Assembly: GCA_002418215.1 (NCBI GenBank)
Contig: DIDQ01000119.1
Coordinates: 1 to 64,000 of the forward strand
Length of the DNA stretch: 64,000 bases
Reading direction: 5' to 3'
DNA from: Anaerolineales bacterium UBA5796
Lineage (GTDB): Bacteria; Chloroflexota; Anaerolineae; Anaerolineales; Villigracilaceae
Translations under genes and position numbers: made by a program
Shown here: piece after piece, positions 48,146 to 57,726 of the stretch
How positions within the stretch are numbered: the first letter of the stretch is position 1
How the letters are laid out: each line of letters opens with the position of its first letter
Notes under the pieces: generated by a model
Database searches by the model: none
Told to the model about the DNA's origin: nothing
The model's input: the letters and a program-made list of their open reading frames with translations, nothing else

Positions 48146-48276
48146 CACCGTGTTGGTTGTTAGTCGAATGGTCGCTTGGTCTCGTGGTCGTGTAGTCGCC
48201 TGGTCATTGACCAATTGACTACGAGACTATCAGACTGTGCGACTACCAGGCTGCCTGACTAACAGACTACCACCGG
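48146..48276. repeat. Imperfect 130-bp palindrome built from octamer repeats: GGTCnnnn x5 on the left arm and GACTnnnn x7 on the right arm
   Basis: Left arm: ggtcgctt ggtctcgt ggtcgtgt agtcgcct ggtcattg. Right arm: gactacga gactatca gactgtgc gactacca ggctgcct gactaaca gactacca. Confidence 0.6.
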
Positions 48277-48367
48277 TTGCCGAGGCTTCACAGGGCCGGT
48301 CCCTCTGCCTCTCTGGATGAGTACAGGTTCAATTGTCCCGGCAGTTTATCACAGGCGTGGATGAGTG

Positions 48368-49288
48368 TCAACGGCCTTCGGAAGTGCGTCGCACCTTCCT
48401 AAATGGGGTCCTTCCAATCTGAAACAGAAACCATTTTTTGGCATTTTTCCCAAAGGCCTGGTGCGACGCACCCTCGGGATATTCTTCACCGTCCCACCAG
48501 AGCAGGGCGCGCTGCAAGGCGGCAAAAACGCCCACCGCCGGGAGGGTCATCACCACCGAGGCGGCCATCAGCAGCGGCCAGTTGGTCTTGTCCATCTCCT
48601 GCAACTGGAGCAGGCCGACCGGCAGGGTGTAGAGCGTCTGCGAGCGCAGGTAAAGCAGCGGCGAGATGAAATCGTTCCAGTAGAACAGGAAGGACAGCAT
48701 CCCGACCGCCATCAGGGCCGGGCGGGCCAGGGGCAGGGCGATCTTCCACCAGATTTGGAGGAGGGAGGCCCCGTCGAGTTTTGCGGATTCGACGACGGCC
48801 GGGTCCACCCGGCGGAAGGTCCAGTAGAAGAGCAGGATGAAGAGGGGGCTGGATCCCATTATGGCAGGCGCGACCAGGGCCAGGCGGGAGTTGGTCTGCC
48901 CGATCCAGGCCAGGAGCAGGAAGCGCGTCAGCCACAGGGCCGTGACCGGGATCATTTGCAGGGCCGCCGAGAGCACCAGCAGGCGCAGGCGGGCGCGCTT
49001 GCCCAACAGCGACATCCCGAACCCGGCCAGTGAAGCGGTGGCAAGGGTCAGGGCCACGCCGATGGCGGTGGTGATGGCTGAATTGAGGAGGTAGCGTCCG
49101 AAGGGCAGGATATCGAAGATGCGGGCGTAGTTGGAAAGAACCAGCGGCGAGGGGATCCATTCGATGCCGCGCGGCGGGGGCAGTCCCGGCTGGCGCAGGG
49201 AGGCCGAGATCATCCAAAACAGCGGCAGGATGAACAGGCCGGTCAGGGCCAGCGAGACCAGGGTCTTGGGCAGGCGGCTAATCTTCAT
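48368..49288 (-). CDS. Carbohydrate ABC transporter permease (MalG-type)
   Basis: Six transmembrane helices and an EAA-like loop. Confidence 0.85.
   Translation of the reverse strand: MKISRLPKTLVSLALTGLFILPLFWMISASLRQPGLPPPRGIEWIPSPLVLSNYARIFDILPFGRYLLNSAITTAIGVALTLATASLAGFGMSLLGKRARLRLLVLSAALQMIPVTALWLTRFLLLAWIGQTNSRLALVAPAIMGSSPLFILLFYWTFRRVDPAVVESAKLDGASLLQIWWKIALPLARPALMAVGMLSFLFYWNDFISPLLYLRSQTLYTLPVGLLQLQEMDKTNWPLLMAASVVMTLPAVGVFAALQRALLWWDGEEYPEGASHQAFGKNAKKWFLFQIGRTPFRKVRRTSEGR
48384..48471 (+). repeat. Family-2 MITE-like element, copy c. It is embedded in the 3' end of the permease ORF.
   Basis: Same termini as copies a and b. It encodes the last ~30 aa of the 306-aa permease. Confidence 0.75.
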
Positions 49289-50159
49289 CGAACCCCCAGC
49301 CTTCGACCAGGTTGTAAAGGATGACGACCAGGATGATGGTCACGATGAAAACCATCAGCATCACCGCCGCGGCCTCGCCGAAGTGCATCCCGTCGAAAGC
49401 GGTTTCATAGATGTGCAGCGGGGTGAAGTGGGTGGCGTAGTATGGCCCGCCCCGGGTCATGATGTAAGCGGGCGTGAACGTGCTCTGGAACGAGAGCACC
49501 ACGTCCCGCACGCTGAGCAGGACCAGCCAGGGGCCGAGCAGGGGCAGGGTGATGGCGGTGAACGTCTGCCAGCGGTTGGCTCCGTCTACGCGGGCGGCGT
49601 CGTAGGTCTCGCGCGGGATGTGGCGCAGCCCGGCCAGCAGGATGACGAATCCCTCGCCGATCTGGAAGAGCGAGGCCAGGACGATGGCGGGTAACGCCCA
49701 GGCGGAGTCCGAAAGCCAGGAAGGGGCAGGCAGGCCCAGGGTCCGGAGCGCAGGGTTGAGCGGCCCGTAAAACGGGTTCAGGATCCAGGTCCAGACCAGC
49801 GCGTAGGCGGTATCCGGGATGACCGTCGGCAGGTAAATGGCGGCGCGGTACAGTCCCGTCGCCCTGCCCGGACGGCTGTAAAGCAGGGCCAAGCCGAGCG
49901 CGCCGAGGATCCGCAGCGGCACCGCCTGGAGGATGTAGAGCAGGGAATTGATCAGGGCCACCCAGAAAAGCAGGTCGCTCTTGACCCACTGGAAGTTCTG
50001 CCAGCCGACGAAGACCGGGCGGCCCATGCCGCTGTAGCGGGTGAAGGCAATGACAAACGAAACGCCCGCCGGGAGGACCACGAGCAGCAACGCGCCCATC
50101 AGGTAGGGGGTCAGGAAAAGGTAGGGCTGGAGGCGGCGCGAGCGGGCCAGGCTATTCAT
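49278..50159 (-). CDS. Carbohydrate ABC transporter permease (MalF-type)
   Basis: The start was chosen at MNSLARS, which gives an ATGA overlap with the stop of the binding-protein gene. Confidence 0.85.
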   Translation of the reverse strand: MNSLARSRRLQPYLFLTPYLMGALLLVVLPAGVSFVIAFTRYSGMGRPVFVGWQNFQWVKSDLLFWVALINSLLYILQAVPLRILGALGLALLYSRPGRATGLYRAAIYLPTVIPDTAYALVWTWILNPFYGPLNPALRTLGLPAPSWLSDSAWALPAIVLASLFQIGEGFVILLAGLRHIPRETYDAARVDGANRWQTFTAITLPLLGPWLVLLSVRDVVLSFQSTFTPAYIMTRGGPYYATHFTPLHIYETAFDGMHFGEAAAVMLMVFIVTIILVVILYNLVEGWGFDED

Positions 50160-51423
50160 TTTCGGTGAAGTATATCCGCGTGCGCTGGATGGCCCTTTGG
50201 AGGGCGTCGAGGGTGTCGGTCTGGCCGTAGAAGCCGCGCCACAGTTCATCGGAGGCGATGTCTTCGATCTCGATCCAGTTGAAGTGGACGGGCAGGGCGT
50301 GGATGTAGGGGATGGTGTCGAGGAAGACCCGGCTGTTGGCCGGTTTGGCCGATGGGTCGAGGAAGGCGGGCGAGTTGGCGACCGAGATGAGCGAAGGCAC
50401 GGTGCGCCCGGAGGCCGCGACGATGGTCTGGCCCTCGGTCGAGTTGGCGAATTCGATGAAGGTCCAGGCGGCGTCCTTGTGCTTCGAGGCGCTCGGCAGG
50501 CAATAAGCGTCGGCGTGCAGGATGCCCGCCTGGGTCTTGCCGCGCGGCAGGGGGGCCACGTCCCAGGCGAAGGCGGCGGATTCGCGGTAGGTCGGCACGC
50601 CGCGGCGGCTGTTGAAGAACATGGCCGTGCGCCCGTTGATGAAGCGGCTCTCGCTGTCTTCGGCGGTTTCCTCGTCGAGACTGGGCGCGACGTGGTGGAC
50701 GGTTTGCAGGCTGAAGAAGAACTCGGCGGCCTGGATGGCTGTGGTGCTATCGAGGGTCAGGGTGGACGGGTTGGCGTCGTAATCCACGACCTGGCCGCCC
50801 GCCTGCCAGACGAACGGGGCCAGGCGGATGAGCGAGGCCTCGATCCCGACCCCGAACTGGTCGGTCCGGCCGTCGTTATCCAGGTCTTGGGTCAGGGCCT
50901 GGGCCGCAGCCAGGAAGTCTTCCCAGGTCCAATCGTTGGCGGGATAAGGCACGCCGGCCTGGTCGAACAGGTCTCTGTTGTAGTAAACCACCAGGCTGGA
51001 GATGTTCTGCGGGATGCACATCAACTCGTTCAGCCACTTGAACGGCTCGACCGCCTCCACGTAAAAATCGGATTCCTGGATGAGGCTGGATTTTGCCAGG
51101 TAAGGCCCCAGCGGTTCGAGCGCGCCGGACTGGGCGAAGGCCCCGTAGCGCCGGTAGTTGATCAGTACCACGTCGGCGGGCGTGCCGGCCACCATGTCGG
51201 CGGCGAGGCGGTTGCGGTAATCCGCCTGGCCGGGGACGTGGATCAGTTCCACCCGGATTTCAGGATAAGCCTGTTCGAAGGCGGCCACCAGGGTCTGGTA
51301 GGCGGCCAGTTCGGCCGGATCGCCGAAGACCATAAATGAGATTTCCTCCCCGGCGGCGGGCTGGCAGGCAGTCAAAATCAGGGTGAAAGCGATGAGCGTG
51401 AAAAGGATTGTGCGGGTTTTCAT
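50152..51423 (-). CDS. Extracellular solute-binding protein family 1 (sugar ABC), lipoprotein
   Basis: The start is MKTRTILFTLIAFTLILTAC, a lipobox. Confidence 0.85.
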   Translation of the reverse strand: MKTRTILFTLIAFTLILTACQPAAGEEISFMVFGDPAELAAYQTLVAAFEQAYPEIRVELIHVPGQADYRNRLAADMVAGTPADVVLINYRRYGAFAQSGALEPLGPYLAKSSLIQESDFYVEAVEPFKWLNELMCIPQNISSLVVYYNRDLFDQAGVPYPANDWTWEDFLAAAQALTQDLDNDGRTDQFGVGIEASLIRLAPFVWQAGGQVVDYDANPSTLTLDSTTAIQAAEFFFSLQTVHHVAPSLDEETAEDSESRFINGRTAMFFNSRRGVPTYRESAAFAWDVAPLPRGKTQAGILHADAYCLPSASKHKDAAWTFIEFANSTEGQTIVAASGRTVPSLISVANSPAFLDPSAKPANSRVFLDTIPYIHALPVHFNWIEIEDIASDELWRGFYGQTDTLDALQRAIQRTRIYFTENE

Positions 51424-51618
51424 GTCTCCTCCGGGCACAGGCTGAACAGTTGGGGATTCTAACACAGCCAATGCGCCGCAGTGACAGCGGGTGCGGAAAG
51501 GGAGCGCCAAAATGTCGGTAAAAGAAACGGAGTCCGGTGTCTCCCGGTTTTGGGCTTCGGGGCAGGCGTTGACCGATTCGGTTTTTTCGAGTAGACTTTC
51601 GATTAAGTTTTTTCTTAA

Positions 51619-52599
51619 TTGATTATGAAAAAAGTCCAACCTGTTCACGCATTCGACCAGATCAAGCTGTTGGCGGATCCCCGCCGGATGGAGATCCTGC
51701 GCCTGCTCATGGCCGCGCCCGCCACGCTGACGCAACTGGCCCGGACCCTGGGCCGGTCACCGGCATGGGTGCGCCATCACATCCTTGCGCTTGAATCCGC
51801 CAACCTGATCGAACTGGCCGAAACCCGCCTGGTCGGCAAAGTGACCGAGAAATATTACCGGGCCAAAGCCAGCGCCATCCTGCTTCAAGAGATCATCCTC
51901 CCCCAAACCAACAAGCCCGTGCTCGTATTCTCCGGCAGCCACGACCTGGCCCTCGAAACGGTGGCAGACCAGTTGTCCCGGCACGTGACGCTGTTGAATC
52001 TTCCGGTCGGCTCACTGGATGGGCTGGTCAATTTGCGCCAGGGACTGTGCCACGTGTCTGGCGCGCATCTCCTGGACGAAAGCGGCGAGTACAACACTCC
52101 CTTTGTCCGCCACCTGTTCCCCGACCATGACATGGAAATCATCACCCTCGCCCACCGCACCCAGGGCCTGATCGTTGATTTCGGCAATCCCAAAACCATC
52201 CGCGACATCCGTGATCTGGCGCGGGAGGAAGTCCGCTTCGTGAACCGCAATACCGGTTCGGGGACGCGGTTGTGGTTCGACCAGGAACTCAGGCGTCTGG
52301 GGATTTCTCCCGAACAGATAAACGGCTACGGGCAGGCAGTTAGAACGCATAGCGAGGCCGCTGCGCTGGTTGCCAAAGGCATTGCCGATGCGGCTGTCGG
52401 CTTGCAGGCCGCGGCCTACCAGCACAGGCTGGAATTTATCCCGCTCTTCGATGAACGCTATGACTTGATCCTGCCGAAGGAGCAGGAAGAGAATCTCCTG
52501 CCCCTGCTGGACTATATCCAAACGGCTGCATTCCGCCAGGATGTCGATTCGCTCACAGGTTACAACACGTCCCACAGCGGAGAGCAAATTTCTTTCTAG
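51619..52599 (+). CDS. Transcriptional regulator: ArsR-type winged HTH with a C-terminal PBP-like domain (TunR/ModE-like)
   Basis: The N-terminal HTH is RRMEILRLLMAAPATLTQLARTLGRSPAWVRHHILAL. The C-terminal periplasmic-binding-protein-like fold has a GSGTR motif. It is adjacent to the tupABC-like genes. Confidence 0.65.
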   Translation: MIMKKVQPVHAFDQIKLLADPRRMEILRLLMAAPATLTQLARTLGRSPAWVRHHILALESANLIELAETRLVGKVTEKYYRAKASAILLQEIILPQTNKPVLVFSGSHDLALETVADQLSRHVTLLNLPVGSLDGLVNLRQGLCHVSGAHLLDESGEYNTPFVRHLFPDHDMEIITLAHRTQGLIVDFGNPKTIRDIRDLAREEVRFVNRNTGSGTRLWFDQELRRLGISPEQINGYGQAVRTHSEAAALVAKGIADAAVGLQAAAYQHRLEFIPLFDERYDLILPKEQEENLLPLLDYIQTAAFRQDVDSLTGYNTSHSGEQISF

Positions 52600-52738
52600 C
52601 AGGAGGGAAGAATGAAATTCAGTGCTCGCAATGTATTGGAAGGAAAGAAGCCCAGGTGGTGATCAAGGCATCGAATATGATGGTTGCCGACGATTGTCTT
52701 CCGCGGGTTTAAACAATCACTTTTAAGGAGATAGAAGT

Positions 52739-54049
52739 ATGAAGTACCCCCGATTTACATTTTTGCTCGTAACAGTTTTTGCCCTGCTCCTGGCCGCCTG
52801 CGGACCGGCGACCACGCCTGAGCCTGCTCCCGCGACCGAGGCCCCCGCGGCGACTGAAGCCCCGGCGGCTACCGAAGCCCCTGCCGCGACTGAAGCGCCT
52901 GCCGCGGCCCTGCAAGTCACCGGCGACGTTGCCAGCGCCCAAGCCTGGACCGAAGACGAGGTCAAGGCCATGCCCGCCATGGATGTCGAATCCGTGAACA
53001 ATAAGGGCGAGAAAAGTTCTTACACGGGTGTGTCGCTCAGCGAATTGCTGGCCGCAGCCCAACCCAACGCGGATGCCAGCGTGGTAACTTTTGTGGCCGA
53101 TGATGGCTCCACTGCCGAAGTCAGCTTTTATGGCATCCAAGCGTGCAGTAATTGTATCGTTTCTTTCCGCAGCAATGGCGGTTTCAGCGTTGTCATGCCG
53201 AATTTCCCGGCCAGTTTGCAGGTCAAGGGCGTGGTCGAAATTCAGGTAGCCGCGGAGCAGGCTTCCGCGCCTGGAAACCCGACCCTGATCCTGGCGACAA
53301 CCACCTCCACACAGGATTCCGGCCTGCTCGATGTGCTGGTCCCCATGTTCCAGGACGCGACCGGCTTCACTGTCCAGACTGTGGCGGTGGGTACCGGGGC
53401 CGCCTTGAAGATGGCCGAAGAAGGCAACGCGGATGTACTTTTGGTCCACGCACCCGCTTCTGAAAAGGCGTTGATGGATGCTGGCTGGGGCAATAACCGC
53501 TACCTGGTCATGCACAACGACTTTGTCATCGTCGGCCCCGCGGCAGACCCGGCTGGTATCCAAGGCGCGCCCACTGCGGTGGAAGCCCTGCAAAAGATCG
53601 CTGATGCTGGAGCCAGCTTCATCACCCGCGGCGATGACTCGGGCACCAACAAGATGGAAATCAGCCTGTGGGGCCAGACCGCGGCTGATCCGACTGGACA
53701 AACCTGGTACATTGATTCCGGCCAGGGCATGGGCGCCACGCTGACGATCACCTCTGAAAAACAGGCCTACACCCTGACCGACCGCGCCACTTACCTGGCG
53801 AACAAGGAAAACCTTGACCTTGAAATCCTGGCCGAGGGCGATGCGGCCCTGCTGAATGTGTACCACGTCATCACTGTCAACCCCGAAAAGTGGCCCAAGA
53901 GTAATTACGAGGCCGCAATGGCTTTCTCAGGTTTCATGGTCAATCCCGCCATCCAGCTTGTGATTGGCGAGTTCGGCGTGGACCAGTTCGGCCAGCCGCT
54001 CTTCTTCCCGGACGCGGACAAGACGGATGCCGACCTCGGGCTGGACTAA
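52739..54049 (+). CDS. tupA: Tungstate/molybdate-type ABC substrate-binding lipoprotein (TupA-like) with an extra ~150-aa N-terminal domain
   Basis: It has a lipobox LLAAC, an (ATEAPA)x4 linker, and the TupA hallmark LILATTTSTQDSGLL. Confidence 0.7.
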   Translation: MKYPRFTFLLVTVFALLLAACGPATTPEPAPATEAPAATEAPAATEAPAATEAPAAALQVTGDVASAQAWTEDEVKAMPAMDVESVNNKGEKSSYTGVSLSELLAAAQPNADASVVTFVADDGSTAEVSFYGIQACSNCIVSFRSNGGFSVVMPNFPASLQVKGVVEIQVAAEQASAPGNPTLILATTTSTQDSGLLDVLVPMFQDATGFTVQTVAVGTGAALKMAEEGNADVLLVHAPASEKALMDAGWGNNRYLVMHNDFVIVGPAADPAGIQGAPTAVEALQKIADAGASFITRGDDSGTNKMEISLWGQTAADPTGQTWYIDSGQGMGATLTITSEKQAYTLTDRATYLANKENLDLEILAEGDAALLNVYHVITVNPEKWPKSNYEAAMAFSGFMVNPAIQLVIGEFGVDQFGQPLFFPDADKTDADLGLD

Positions 54050-54123
54050 ACCAATTTTTGGGTAGGGGCAGTAGGGGCAGGTCTCAGACCTGCCCCTACA
54101 AGAACCTGCCCTACGAGAATGTT

Positions 54124-54777
54124 ATGATCTTCGACGCCGAAGTCTTTCAAATTACCTTGCTTTCGTTACAAATCTCAGCCCTGGCAACCGGGCTGAGTCT
54201 GTTCATTGGCCTGCCGTTCGGAACACTTCTGGCGCTGGGTAAATTCTATGGGCGCTCGTTCCTGTTGAGCATGGTCAATACCGGCATGGGACTCCCCCCC
54301 GTGGTAGTTGGCCTGTTCGTAGCCATGATGCTCTGGCGTTCCGGCCCGTTGGGAGATTTGCGCCTGATCTACACCCCGACTGCCATTATCGTGGCCCAGG
54401 TGATCATTTCATTTCCGGTCGTCACCGGCCTGACCGCCGCCGCGCTCCAGGCGCTGGATCCTCGTCTCCGATTTCAGCTCTATGGCCTGGGCGCCTCCCG
54501 CACGCAAATGATCTGGATGCTCTGGCGGGAGGCCCGCCTGCCCCTATTGGCCGCTCTCATGGCGGGATTCGGTTCGGTCATTTCGGAGGTTGGCGCATCA
54601 ATGATGGTGGGGGGAAATATCCGCTATCAGACCCGCGTCCTGACCACAGCCATCGTGCTCGAAACCGGTAAAGGCCATTTCGATATTGCTATTGCCCTCG
54701 GCATCCTGCTCTTGACGATAACTTTCCTTGTCAACTGGGCCTTGACCTGGATCCAGCAACGCGGGGCCAGACGATGA
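54124..54777 (+). CDS. tupB: ABC permease (TupB-like)
   Basis: Five or six transmembrane helices. ATG at 54124. Confidence 0.8.
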   Translation: MIFDAEVFQITLLSLQISALATGLSLFIGLPFGTLLALGKFYGRSFLLSMVNTGMGLPPVVVGLFVAMMLWRSGPLGDLRLIYTPTAIIVAQVIISFPVVTGLTAAALQALDPRLRFQLYGLGASRTQMIWMLWREARLPLLAALMAGFGSVISEVGASMMVGGNIRYQTRVLTTAIVLETGKGHFDIAIALGILLLTITFLVNWALTWIQQRGARR

Positions 54778-55526
54778 CCGGAATCATCGAGATTCGGGAT
54801 TTGCTGGTCAGGCGCGGCAAGCAGCCTGCCCTGGAACTGAGCCGGCTGGTTATCGAACAGGGCGAAGTATTGGCGGTCGTTGGGCCGAATGGCGCCGGCA
54901 AAAGCACCCTGTTGTTGACCCTGGCGCGCCTGCTCAAGCCTGAGCGGGGAGAAATCCTGTTCCACGGTCGACAGGCCGCGGCGGAGTCTGATACGGCTTA
55001 TCGCCGCCGGATTGCGTTGGTGATGCAGGACCCGCTGCTGTTCGACACATCGGTGTTCGAGAATGTCGCTTCCGGGCTTAAGTTCCGGGGTGTGGCCAAG
55101 GACGAAATCCGCCGCAAGGTGCCGCTCTGGCTGGAACGCCTGGGGGTGGGACACCTGTCGAAACGGCGGGCAGGCCAGTTGTCCGGGGGCGAGGCGCAGC
55201 GCGTCAGCCTGGCCCGGGCGCTGGCGCTGGAACCCCAGTTGCTCCTGCTGGACGAACCCTTTTCTGCCCTCGATCCGCCCACACGCAGCCGCCTGCTGGA
55301 CGATCTGGGCGCTTTGTTGGAAGAAACGGCCGCCACAACCGTTTTCGTCACTCACGATTTGGGCGAGGCGACCCAGCTTTCCGGTCGGATAGCAGTCATT
55401 GTGGGCAACCGCTTGCGGCAGGTGGGTAGTCCGGCTGAAGTTTTTTCTGCGCCCTCCGACGAAGACGTGTCGCAATTCTTGAACCACAAAACACCGGGCA
55501 ATCATCGGCGTAAGGAGAGTTTGTAA
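54774..55526 (+). CDS. tupC: ABC ATP-binding protein (TupC-like)
   Basis: Walker A is GPNGAGKST, the signature is LSGGEAQRV, and Walker B is LLLLDEP. Confidence 0.85.
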   Translation: MTGIIEIRDLLVRRGKQPALELSRLVIEQGEVLAVVGPNGAGKSTLLLTLARLLKPERGEILFHGRQAAAESDTAYRRRIALVMQDPLLFDTSVFENVASGLKFRGVAKDEIRRKVPLWLERLGVGHLSKRRAGQLSGGEAQRVSLARALALEPQLLLLDEPFSALDPPTRSRLLDDLGALLEETAATTVFVTHDLGEATQLSGRIAVIVGNRLRQVGSPAEVFSAPSDEDVSQFLNHKTPGNHRRKESL

Positions 55527-56212
55527 TGCGCTATTTCATTGGTCTTGATGATACCGACAACCACGAGTCGCGCGGCACAGGCCACCTGGCACGCGTGATG
55601 GCCAAGGCGCTGGCGCAGGATTTTCACCTCCTCGGCGTAACCCGCCACCAGCTCCTGGAGGATGAGCGCGTACCCAAAACGGCCAAAAACAGTTGCGCGG
55701 CCATCCTGTTCGAAGGCGAGGCTGTTCTGCTGGAAGAACTGGCCGACTTCGCTCGCAAAATGATGCAGGAGGATTTCCAGCCCGGCAGCGACCCGGGCCT
55801 GTGCGTGGCCTCGGCTGTGCCGGATGAGGTGATCGCCTACGGGCAGCGCGCCCGGCGTGAATTCTTGTGCCAGCAGGAGCCGCGAGACCTGGCCGCTGCC
55901 CATGGCATTTTCCTGGAAGGACTCGGCGGCGACGAAGGCGGCGTGATCGGCGCACTGGCGGCGGTGGGCCTGGCCGCCTCGGGGGATGACGGACGCTATG
56001 TCGAAGTCGGCTCGATCCGGGACCTGGAAGGCCTGCTCCCGATTTCACGCGTTCTTGCGTCCGGGATCGCTTCCGTAAAAACCCTGGACGGCGCGCTTGT
56101 ACTTGGCGGGGTGATCCTGACCGATAAAATGCGTCCCGCCCGCCGGGATGGACAGCCGGTTTTATTTGTTGAGCAAGAAGTTGGTTACTGGCTGCCTTTG
56201 AAACTGGACTGA
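55526..56212 (+). CDS. Hypothetical protein (228 aa)
   Basis: Translationally coupled to tupC. The N-terminus reads MRYFIGLDDTDNHESRGTGHLA. Any resemblance to DUF1743/TiaS-type N-termini is from memory only. Confidence 0.45.
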   Translation: MRYFIGLDDTDNHESRGTGHLARVMAKALAQDFHLLGVTRHQLLEDERVPKTAKNSCAAILFEGEAVLLEELADFARKMMQEDFQPGSDPGLCVASAVPDEVIAYGQRARREFLCQQEPRDLAAAHGIFLEGLGGDEGGVIGALAAVGLAASGDDGRYVEVGSIRDLEGLLPISRVLASGIASVKTLDGALVLGGVILTDKMRPARRDGQPVLFVEQEVGYWLPLKLD

Positions 56213-56256
56213 TTGACCGATGTCACCCTGGGTGGTAGCGAAGGGTCTCTGCCACA

Positions 56257-57726
56257 GTGTTGGAGATTCTTCGCTGCGCTCAGGATGACATGCCCCGATT
56301 GATTCCCGTGTTAAGAGCTAACCAAGTCTCCTTTCGATACCCGCAGGAAGGCCACGGCCTGGAACCGGTTTCGCTGGAAATCGCGCCGGGTGAACTGACC
56401 CTGGTCACCGGGCCATCGGGCTGCGGCAAAAGCACCCTGGCCCGCTGCCTGATGGGGCTGATCCCGCACCTGTATCACGGTGAATTGACAGGCGAAGTCT
56501 GGCTCAACGGCTACCGCACTTCGGATGCGTCCATGTGGCAACTGGCTGAGAAGGCCGGCATGGTCTTCCAGAATCCCGCTGCCCAGATGCTGGCCCCCAG
56601 CGTGGAAGACGAGATCATCTTCGGCCTGGAAAATCTCGGCCTGCCGCCCGAAGAGATCACCTCCCGGCTCGAAAACGTATTGCAAGACTTCAACCTTACC
56701 CACCTGCGCCAGCGCAACCCGCAGACGCTTTCTGGCGGGGAACAGCAACGCCTTGCCCTGGCCGCCATCATGGCCCGCCAGCCCCAGGCCCTGATCCTGG
56801 ACGAGCCGCTCTCGATGCTCGATACGACCGCCGCCGGGGACTTGATCGCCTATCTCCAGCGTTTCGCCGCCGAAGGCAAGACCCTGATCGTGTTCGAGCA
56901 CCGCCAGGAATACCTGGACGACGTTCCGGGGTTGCGCCACATCGCACTTGAAGGCAAGGCGAAAGAAGAAAGGAAGGTTCCTTCAGCCAACCCCCTGCCG
57001 GCACAGGAAAGCTTCAGACTGGAAGTCGAAAACCTGGGCGTCCAGCTTGGCGGGCGAATCGTACTCCAGAACCTGAACCTGTCGCTCGACAGCGGCCAGA
57101 TCCTCGTTGTGGTGGGACGTAACGGCGTCGGCAAGACCACCCTGCTGCGGTCCCTGGCCGGCCTGCAAAAGCACAGCGGCAGCGCCAAAGTGGTCACGGT
57201 ACGTGGCGAACAACCTCCCAATCTGGGCATGGTCTTCCAAAACCCCGATCTGCAACTCTTCAACGCCAGCGTGCGGGACGAAATCCTCTACCGCCTGCCC
57301 CGCCCCGACATGGCTTACTACCGCTGGCTGGTCGCCGCCCTCGGCCTCCAGCCCTACGAAGCCACCCCGCCCCTGCTGCTCAGCGAAGGCGAGAAAAAGC
57401 GCCTCGCCCTCGGCCTGGTGCTGATGCGCCGTCCTGCCCACGGCGTGCTGCTGGACGAGCCTTCGCTTGGGCAGGACCACGCCCACAAAGATATCCTCGT
57501 CCACATGCTGCGGATGCTGGCGGACGCCGGTCAACTGGTGATGATGACCACCCATGACCTGACCCTGGCCTCACAAGCTGACCGGCTGATCTTGCTCGGA
57601 CCGGAAGGCCTGCTCGCCGATGGCCCAACCGCTTCCGTGCTGGAAGATGATTCCGCCTGGGCTAAGGCCGGGATCGCCCTTCCCAACTGGTTCCTGCGTG
57701 AACACAAGACGGGGGGATCCGGGTGA
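56257..57726 (+). CDS. Fused double ABC ATPase (ECF transporter EcfA1-EcfA2 / CbiO-type)
   Basis: It has two NBDs (GPSGCGKST and GRNGVGKTT) and two LSGG/LSEGE signatures. Confidence 0.8.
   Translation: MLEILRCAQDDMPRLIPVLRANQVSFRYPQEGHGLEPVSLEIAPGELTLVTGPSGCGKSTLARCLMGLIPHLYHGELTGEVWLNGYRTSDASMWQLAEKAGMVFQNPAAQMLAPSVEDEIIFGLENLGLPPEEITSRLENVLQDFNLTHLRQRNPQTLSGGEQQRLALAAIMARQPQALILDEPLSMLDTTAAGDLIAYLQRFAAEGKTLIVFEHRQEYLDDVPGLRHIALEGKAKEERKVPSANPLPAQESFRLEVENLGVQLGGRIVLQNLNLSLDSGQILVVVGRNGVGKTTLLRSLAGLQKHSGSAKVVTVRGEQPPNLGMVFQNPDLQLFNASVRDEILYRLPRPDMAYYRWLVAALGLQPYEATPPLLLSEGEKKRLALGLVLMRRPAHGVLLDEPSLGQDHAHKDILVHMLRMLADAGQLVMMTTHDLTLASQADRLILLGPEGLLADGPTASVLEDDSAWAKAGIALPNWFLREHKTGGSG

Noticed and set aside
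50160-50249. A 30-codon N-terminal extension of the MalF-type permease
   Set aside because: It would overlap the binding-protein gene by about 97 nt. The internal MNSLARS start gives a classic ATGA stop-start overlap.
48365-51339. Plus-strand ORFs opposite the ABC permease and binding-protein genes
   Set aside because: Antisense GC-rich artefacts.
52709-53866. Minus-strand ORF of 385 aa opposite tupA
   Set aside because: Antisense. The TupA frame has a lipobox and the TTTS/DSG motif.
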